Source: an uncultured Methylomirabilota bacterium (GTDB lineage: Bacteria; Methylomirabilota; Methylomirabilia; Methylomirabilales; 2-02-FULL-66-22). From it: DNA of 64,000 bases. Position numbers and translations under genes: made by a program. Shown piece after piece: positions 58,423 through 64,000 of the stretch. Each line of letters begins with the position of its first letter. Within the stretch, counting starts at the first letter, position 1. The stretch spans positions 2,144,001 through 2,208,000 of the forward strand of contig OY970067.1 in the NCBI GenBank assembly GCA_963705305.1, written 5' to 3'. The notes below the pieces were generated by a model. That model made no database searches, was not told where the DNA came from, and saw nothing but the letters and a program-made list of their open reading frames with translations.

Positions 58423-58881
58423 ATGCTGACCCTGGATGAAGGGGCCGAGAGGCTCCACCGATTGACTAAGGAACTCATACGACGCTACCAGTTTCGCGAC
58501 TGGAACCAGGTGTGCTGCTACGGGATCACGATCAGCCAGAGCCACATCCTGGACGTGCTGGCGGAGGATGGGGATCTGACGATGCAGCGGCTGGCCCGAC
58601 GGATGTTCAAGTCCGTCAGCACGATGACGCGCGTCGCCGGGCAGCTGGTGCGCAAAGGGCACATCAAGCGGCGGCCGGATCCCGAGGACCGGCGGGTTGT
58701 GCACGTATCCATCACACCGCAGGGGAAGGCCGTCCTGGCCGCCATTCATCGGGACATGGTGGAGAGCCAGAAGGCTATCTTGCAGTCGATCCCGGCGGAT
58801 CAATGGGCGGGCGCCTTCACGATCCTCGATGCGCTGGTCCAGGGCGCACAGCGATGGCAAGACGCGTGCCGCAGTGGCTGA
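58423..58881 (+). CDS. MarR family transcriptional regulator with vicinal cysteines
   Basis: VCCYGITISQ, STMTR, DPEDRRVVHVSITPQG. Confidence 0.9.
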   Translation: MLTLDEGAERLHRLTKELIRRYQFRDWNQVCCYGITISQSHILDVLAEDGDLTMQRLARRMFKSVSTMTRVAGQLVRKGHIKRRPDPEDRRVVHVSITPQGKAVLAAIHRDMVESQKAILQSIPADQWAGAFTILDALVQGAQRWQDACRSG

Positions 58882-58900
58882 GCTTCTTTTCTTTATATGT

Positions 58901-58913
58901 TTGTATTGTACAA
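58901..58913. promoter_or_regulatory. Probable MarR operator, copy 2
   Basis: TTGTA-TTG-TACAA upstream of arsM. Confidence 0.7.
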
Positions 58914-58962
58914 TTACTACTTGTGTTTGCCGGTCATCCAATCCAAGGAGGCTGCTGTGAGC

Positions 58963-60308
58963 ATGAATACGCCGGATGAGCAGGAAATCAAAGAGGCGGT
59001 CAGGGCCGGTACGCCAGGGCCATCCAGCGGCAGGGATCCTGCTGCGGACCGTCGCCCGCCCAGCCGCTGCAAATTACCGGTTCCTGTTGCGGACCGGAGA
59101 TTGTCGCGGCGAAGGGGAATTTTGCCAAGGTCGCCGGCTACGGCCCGGACGAGCTGAGCCGGCTGCCGGCGGACGCCGTCGAGAACTCCTTCGGCTGCGG
59201 AAACCCGCTGGCGTTCGCGGCGGTCCAGCCGGGCCAGGTGGTCCTGGACATCGGCTCGGGGGCGGGGATCGACTGCTTCATCGCTGCGGAGAAGGTGGGG
59301 CCAACCGGCTGGGTCATTGGCCTGGACATGACGCCGGAAATGATCGGTCGCGCCAGCCAGAATGCCAGGGAGGCCGGGATCACCAACGTCGAGTTCCGTC
59401 TCGGTGAGGCGGAGAAGATGCCGGTCGAGGATGCCTCGGTGGACTGGCTCATCTCGAATTGCGTGATCAACCTCAGTCCGGACAAGCCGGCGGTGTTCCG
59501 CGAGATCGTGCGGGTCCTCAGGCCCGGGGGACGAATCTCCATCTCCGACATCGTGGCGGCAGAGTTGCCCGAGGCCGTCCGGCAAAGCCGGGATGCCTGG
59601 ACCGGCTGCCTCGCTGGCGCCATCGACGAGGGGGCCTATGCCACGGGACTCGAAACGGCGGGCCTGCGGGACGTCCGGGTGACCGCCCGGACCGTCTACG
59701 ACGCGAGCCAGCTCCGGGGGTTGTTCGCCAGCACCTGCTGCAGTGTGGGCGACGAGGCCGGAGGCAACGTGGAAAGCCTGGCCGAGGCTGCGGCAGGAAA
59801 GATCTGGAGTGCGCGGTTCGAGGGGGTGAAGCCGCAGCCGGCGTCCGTGGCTACCGAGGTTGCGATCGGGCCTGCGCGGGCAAACGATCTGCCGTCCATC
59901 GAACGGCTGCTGACCGAGGCCGGCCTCCCCACGGATGTCCGATCGCATCTCTCGGCGTTTTTGGTGGCGCGGCGTCGCGGTAAGGTCGTGGGGAGCATCG
60001 GCATGGAGGTTCTGGGGGCGAATGCCCTGTTCCGGTCTCTGGTGGTCTCTCCGGCCTTCCGGGGTGCAGGCACGGGGCGGCGGCTCTTTGACGCCTTGGT
60101 GCGTAAGGCGCGGGATAGCGGCGTCGAACGGGCGTACCTGTTGACAACCACCGTCGCCGGCCTGGCGGAGTCGTGGGGATTCAAGCGCATCGCCCGGGAC
60201 GAGGTGCCGGGGGCCATCCGGGAGACGACCCAGTTCCAGGGCGCCTGCTGCGCCTCGGCGATTGCCATGTGGCTGGACCTGCGGTCGGAGGACGCGATGG
60301 GCGAGTGA
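58963..60308 (+). pseudogene. arsM: Arsenite methyltransferase fused to an ArsN-like GNAT domain, with an apparent 1-bp frameshift near 59006
   Basis: EIKEAVR in one frame continues as RYARAIQRQGSCCG...SFGCGNP, VLDIGSGAGID, SNCVINL, WTGCLAGA in another; C-terminal GNAT LFRSLVV...YLLTTT...CCASA. Confidence 0.82.
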
Positions 60309-60573
60309 TGGTCCCGACGGGAATCCCGCCAGCGGGGCCGCACCGAGGCGTCGCCTGACCCCCGGATTGTCAGGGAACAGGGAGAAAGTCACGCAGGACC
60401 TGGGCAGAAGACGACGCACCTGCTACTATCATCTTGACCGCGGGGGAAGGGGAGCTGCCGGGAGCGCTCGAGGGGTGGTTCGCCCCCGGTCGGACGAAAA
60501 GTCCATCTCCCGGGGCCTGGAATGATCGGAGGTCTCCCGGCCTGAGATCGCGACAGACGGGTGGAGGCTTGCC

Positions 60574-61473
60574 ATGATCGGCATACCGCTTCTTGACATC
60601 GAGGGGCTGACGCTCCGGCGCGCCGGCCGCGAGGTTCTGCGCCGCGTGGGATTGAAGGTCGGCGAGGGGGAGATTCACGGCCTCCTGGGACTGAACGGCT
60701 CGGGGAAGAGCAGCCTCGCCTACACGCTGATGGGATGCTCCGGATACCGGCCGGACAGCGGCTCGATCCGCTTTGCCGACAAAGATCTGGCCGGCACGGG
60801 TATCACGGAGCGGGCGCGCCTGGGCCTCACCCTGGCGTGGCAGGAGCCGGCGCGGATCGAGGGGCTGACGGTCGAAGCGTACCTGGTTGCGGGGATGAAG
60901 GAGCGCCGGGAGGACCGGATGCAGGTCGCCCTGGAGGCCGTCGGCCTTCCGCCCGCCCGCTACATCCGGCGGACATTGAACAGCAGCCTGTCGGGCGGCG
61001 AGCGCAAGCGAATCGAGCTGGCGGCCATCTATGCCATGCGGCCCCGGCTGGCCATCCTGGACGAGCCGGATTCCGGCATCGACGTCCTCTCCCTCGGGGA
61101 CATCACGGCGCTCATTCGCCGGATGGCGGCCGAGGGAACGGCCATCCTGGTGATCACCCACCGGGACGAGCTGGCCGAGGCGTGCGACGTGGCCTCCCTG
61201 ATGTGCGAGGGAACGGTGACGCAGACCGGCGAGCCGGGCGTCGTGCGCGAGCACTATCGCAGCCGGTGCCGGCCGTGCGACGCCCTGCTGGGCCGCCTAG
61301 GGCCGGACCGCGCCCCCGAGGCCGAGGCCGTCGGCGTCCGCCAGGCGGGTTCCGGAGGGGGGAGCGATCATGAGCGACTTCGAAGCCATGGCAGCCGCCT
61401 ACGCCCAGGCCGGCGGCAATCCGAGCCTCCTGGTCCTTCCCACGGCTGCCAGCATGGTGGTCAGCGGGAATAA
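60574..61473 (+). CDS. sufC: SufC/SmsC-like ABC ATPase
   Basis: GLNGSGKS, LSGGERKRIE, LDEPDSGID, C-terminal CRPC. Confidence 0.85.
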   Translation: MIGIPLLDIEGLTLRRAGREVLRRVGLKVGEGEIHGLLGLNGSGKSSLAYTLMGCSGYRPDSGSIRFADKDLAGTGITERARLGLTLAWQEPARIEGLTVEAYLVAGMKERREDRMQVALEAVGLPPARYIRRTLNSSLSGGERKRIELAAIYAMRPRLAILDEPDSGIDVLSLGDITALIRRMAAEGTAILVITHRDELAEACDVASLMCEGTVTQTGEPGVVREHYRSRCRPCDALLGRLGPDRAPEAEAVGVRQAGSGGGSDHERLRSHGSRLRPGRRQSEPPGPSHGCQHGGQRE

Positions 61474-62308
61474 GGTGCTGAACGCGCGCACCGTTCCAGG
61501 CATCGAGTTCGCGTCGGAGGAGCTGCCGCAGGGCATCAAGGCCACGATCCGGGTCCTGCCCCGGACGCGCCTGGCCGAGCCGGTCCACCTATGCTTCGGC
61601 GTGCTGCCGGAGCGGGGCGTGCAGGAAATTGTCGCCAGCTACGAAGTGGGCGAGGATGCCGACGTGGCGTTCCTGGCCCACTGCACGTTCCCGAATGCCG
61701 TGGAGGTCCGCCACGTCATGGATGCCACGATCCACGTCGGTCGGGGCGCCACGCTGCGCTACACCGAGGCGCACTTCCACGGGCCGACCGGGGGCGTCGA
61801 GGTGCTGCCGACCGCCCGGGTGGTGGTGGACAGCGGCGGGCGCTTCCTGACGACGTTCAGCCTGGTCAAGGGACGGGTCGGCACGATGGCTCTGGATTAC
61901 GCGGTGGATGTGGCCGAGGGGGGGATCGCCGAGCTGACCACCCGGGTTCTGGGCTCCGGCCAGGATCGGATCAAGGTGGCGGAGACCATCCGCCTGAACG
62001 GCTCCGGCGCCCGGGGACTGGCCAAGGCCCGGCTGGCCCTCGCCGGCGAGGCGCGCGGCGAGGTGATCGGGACGACCGAAGGGAACGCCCCGGAGACGAG
62101 GGGGCATATCGACTGCATCGAAATCGTGCGCGACCGCGCCCTGGCCAGCGCCATTCCCATCGTCCGCGTGTCAAATCCTACGGCACAGGTGACCCATGAG
62201 GCGGCCATCGGAACCGTGAACCGGAAGGAACTCGAGACGCTCATGGCGCGTGGCCTGGACGAGGCTGCGGCGGTGGATACGATCGTCCGGGGGATGCTGG
62301 GGGCGTAG
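61370..62308 (+). CDS. sufB: SufB/SufD-like (SmsB) Fe-S assembly protein
   Basis: PVHLCFG, AHCTFP, RGHIDC, VTHEAAIG, LMARGL. Confidence 0.85.
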   Translation: MSDFEAMAAAYAQAGGNPSLLVLPTAASMVVSGNKVLNARTVPGIEFASEELPQGIKATIRVLPRTRLAEPVHLCFGVLPERGVQEIVASYEVGEDADVAFLAHCTFPNAVEVRHVMDATIHVGRGATLRYTEAHFHGPTGGVEVLPTARVVVDSGGRFLTTFSLVKGRVGTMALDYAVDVAEGGIAELTTRVLGSGQDRIKVAETIRLNGSGARGLAKARLALAGEARGEVIGTTEGNAPETRGHIDCIEIVRDRALASAIPIVRVSNPTAQVTHEAAIGTVNRKELETLMARGLDEAAAVDTIVRGMLGA

Positions 62309-62335
62309 CGCTAACCCTCTGATCCATTTCACGGT

Positions 62336-62459
62336 CTGGACCCCGGCTTTCGCCGGGGTGACGACAGGCCGTCTGGACCCCGGCCGTCATTCCGGCGGAA
62401 GCCGGAATCCAGTCGAGCCGCGATCTTGGACCCCGGCGAGAGCCGAGGCCGGTGTGACG
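62336..62459. repeat. Cluster of REP-like palindromes
   Basis: CTGGACCCCGGCTTTCGCCGGGGTGACG, inverted CGTCATTCCGGCGGAAGCCGGAATCCAG and two partial copies. Confidence 0.75.
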
Positions 62460-62524
62460 AGACGCCAAGGGATTTTCGAACCAGTCCGGTAGAGAATTCC
62501 GGTCGTAAGAAGCGGCCCGTTGCG

Positions 62525-62564
62525 AGAAAAGAAGAGGGAAGGAGGCGAGCCTCCTTCCCTCTTC
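62525..62564 (-). terminator. Intrinsic terminator of hsp20
   Basis: Perfect 16-bp IR GAAGAGGGAAGGAGGC/GCCTCCTTCCCTCTTC followed on the minus strand by TTTTCTC. Confidence 0.8.
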
Positions 62565-62600
62565 GTATGTGAACAGCTCCCCTCCGTCTCGATTTGGCCT

Positions 62601-63077
62601 TCACGCCACCTCGACTTTGATGGCCTTGGGCTTGGCCTCTTCCTTCTTCGGGAGCTGAATCTCCAGAACGCCGTCCCGGTAGGTGGCCTTCACCCGACCG
62701 GCATCCACCATGGAGGGCAGCAGGATGCTCCGCTCGAACTTGCCGTAGCTCCGCTCGACGCGGTGGTACTGATCCTCGTTGACCTCCTTTTCGAGCTTCC
62801 GCTCGCCTTTCAGGGTCAGCGTGTCGCCCTCGATGGACACCTGGATGTCTTCCTGCTTGATGCCGGGAAGCTCCGCCACGAGCACCAGGCTGTCCTTGGT
62901 CTCGTGGACGTCCACCAGCGGGCTCCACATGGACTCGGTGGCGGCCATCCGGAACGGGGTCTGGCCGAAGAAATCGCCGAAAACGTGATCCATCTCCCGC
63001 CGAAGGTCAGCCACCTCTGCAAAGGGATCCCACCGATTCACCGAGGCCATTCGCGGCTTCCATCTCTCGAGAAACAT
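62601..63077 (-). CDS. Hsp20/alpha-crystallin small heat shock protein
   Basis: WDPF, PLVDV, AELPGI, ERSYGKFERS, ATYRDGVLEI, IKVE. Confidence 0.95.
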   Translation of the reverse strand: MFLERWKPRMASVNRWDPFAEVADLRREMDHVFGDFFGQTPFRMAATESMWSPLVDVHETKDSLVLVAELPGIKQEDIQVSIEGDTLTLKGERKLEKEVNEDQYHRVERSYGKFERSILLPSMVDAGRVKATYRDGVLEIQLPKKEEAKPKAIKVEVA

Positions 63078-63183
63078 CTGACGTTACCTCCTTTTGTCGA
63101 TTTCGATGCAGCCTGGATTTTTTCGTTTTCCAGGCAGTCATTGTCCTCGATCACCCATTTACGCTATACCATGAACGCTTATG

Positions 63184-63212
63184 TTTATATTACATGAGCC
63201 GACTATTGTCAA
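63184..63212 (-). promoter_or_regulatory. Sigma70-type promoter of hsp20
   Basis: Minus-strand TTGACA-17-TATAAA with an AT-rich upstream tract. Confidence 0.7.
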
Positions 63213-63318
63213 GTATCTAATAAAAAAATTCACACACTTATAAATGGTTTATTTTTAATAATTTATACACTGTATGCTTGTTTATGAATGTATTCGAGCA
63301 GACAACTTCAGGAAAATG

Positions 63319-64000
63319 CTACCGGCCACTTTCGAGGATAAGAAGCCCTGAGGAAGCATCCAGCCCAACCCGAAACCGCATGAGATAACTCAATCCGAGC
63401 AAGCCGATAACGTCAGGAGGGGAGGAGGGCAGGTCCAGGATCACGACCGGGACATATCGAGCCACCGCGCCGCCAACGTCCAATTCTTCCAGCAATCCCA
63501 GAGGGGCCTCAACAAGGCCGGTGACCGTCCGCAGCGTAACCCGGCTCTGGCTCTCGGACACGCCCAGCCGGTCGGCCGCCGAGCGGTTGAGCGCCACATA
63601 GGTGGCCCCGGTATCGAGGATGAAGTAGCCGAGCGCCCCCCCATTGACGCGTCCAGGAACGAGAATGGCGGTCCCTCGGGATTGAAATGGAACGGAGACG
63701 GTCAGGCGGGCGGGCTCGCCCTGCGCCGTCAAGGCCTGCTGCGCATCGCGAGCCCGCGCAGAGCCCGGGGCCACATCGAGGATCCGGCGGTAGATGGTGA
63801 CTGATCCGGCCAAGTCTCCCAATTGCCGGTACGACTCGGCGAGGTACCATAAGGCCTCGGGGTTGCGGGGGGATCGCGCAACCGCCTCGCTGAGCTTCTC
63901 CAGCGCCCAGCGGTAGTGGCCGCTCTGGTAGAGATCGACTCCCTCCTCGAATTCCCCCGCGACCGCATGCGCGGCCGGAAGGCCCAACCCGCAGAGGAGA
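63319..64000 (-). CDS. TPR-containing retropepsin-like (clan AA) aspartic protease, 5' end outside the window
   Basis: TPR helices; FILDTGAT; GLLGLSYL. Confidence 0.85.
   Translation of the reverse strand, partial: LLCGLGLPAAHAVAGEFEEGVDLYQSGHYRWALEKLSEAVARSPRNPEALWYLAESYRQLGDLAGSVTIYRRILDVAPGSARARDAQQALTAQGEPARLTVSVPFQSRGTAILVPGRVNGGALGYFILDTGATYVALNRSAADRLGVSESQSRVTLRTVTGLVEAPLGLLEELDVGGAVARYVPVVILDLPSSPPDVIGLLGLSYLMRFRVGLDASSGLLILESGR

Noticed and set aside
60458..60513. Hammerhead ribozyme suggested by GGACGAAA
   Set aside because: The CUGAUGA core is absent.
63080..63320. CIRCE or HAIR heat-shock operator before hsp20
   Set aside because: Neither TTAGCACTC-N9-GAGTGCTAA nor CTTGAGT-N7-ACTCAAG is present; only an AT-rich promoter region.

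Overview
High-GC bacterial chromosomal window, probably from an anaerobe or facultative anaerobe (lineage not determinable from this window). There are no rRNA, tRNA or CRISPR features. Coding content: an Fe-S/aldo-keto reductase cluster, MFS transporters, aminotransferases, malic enzyme and nth; an AOR-accessory-like operon with no catalytic subunit; and a 14-kb sugar-acid catabolic region (DUF1537 kinase, GntR, two Tat-exported ABC binding proteins, permeases, SDRs, LeuB-like dehydrogenase, PdxA2). It also carries mgtC, a GT2/GT87/GtrA cassette, an acid phosphatase behind a Pho-box-like array, SCO/PCuAC copper genes, vapBC and glcDF. The right end holds an ArsR-TusA-MvhD-HdrA-HdrA-QmoC-like-DsrE operon, MarR plus a frameshifted ArsM-GNAT fusion, smsCB/sufCB and hsp20. 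The most unusual content is a layered set of small mobile or repeat elements. (1) A 1959-bp IS with 24-bp TIRs, a 9-bp TSD and an atypical 605-aa IS1-like transposase, plus a 201-bp non-autonomous MITE with the same ends and its own 9-bp TSD. (2) A GxxExxY nuclease-fold gene enclosed by 29-bp inverted arrays of 9-bp repeats, with gene-less inverted tandem-repeat cassettes elsewhere. (3) A ~25-nt covarying hairpin (CACCC-N4-loop-N4'-GGGTACCC) nested in variable number inside larger palindromic repeats.
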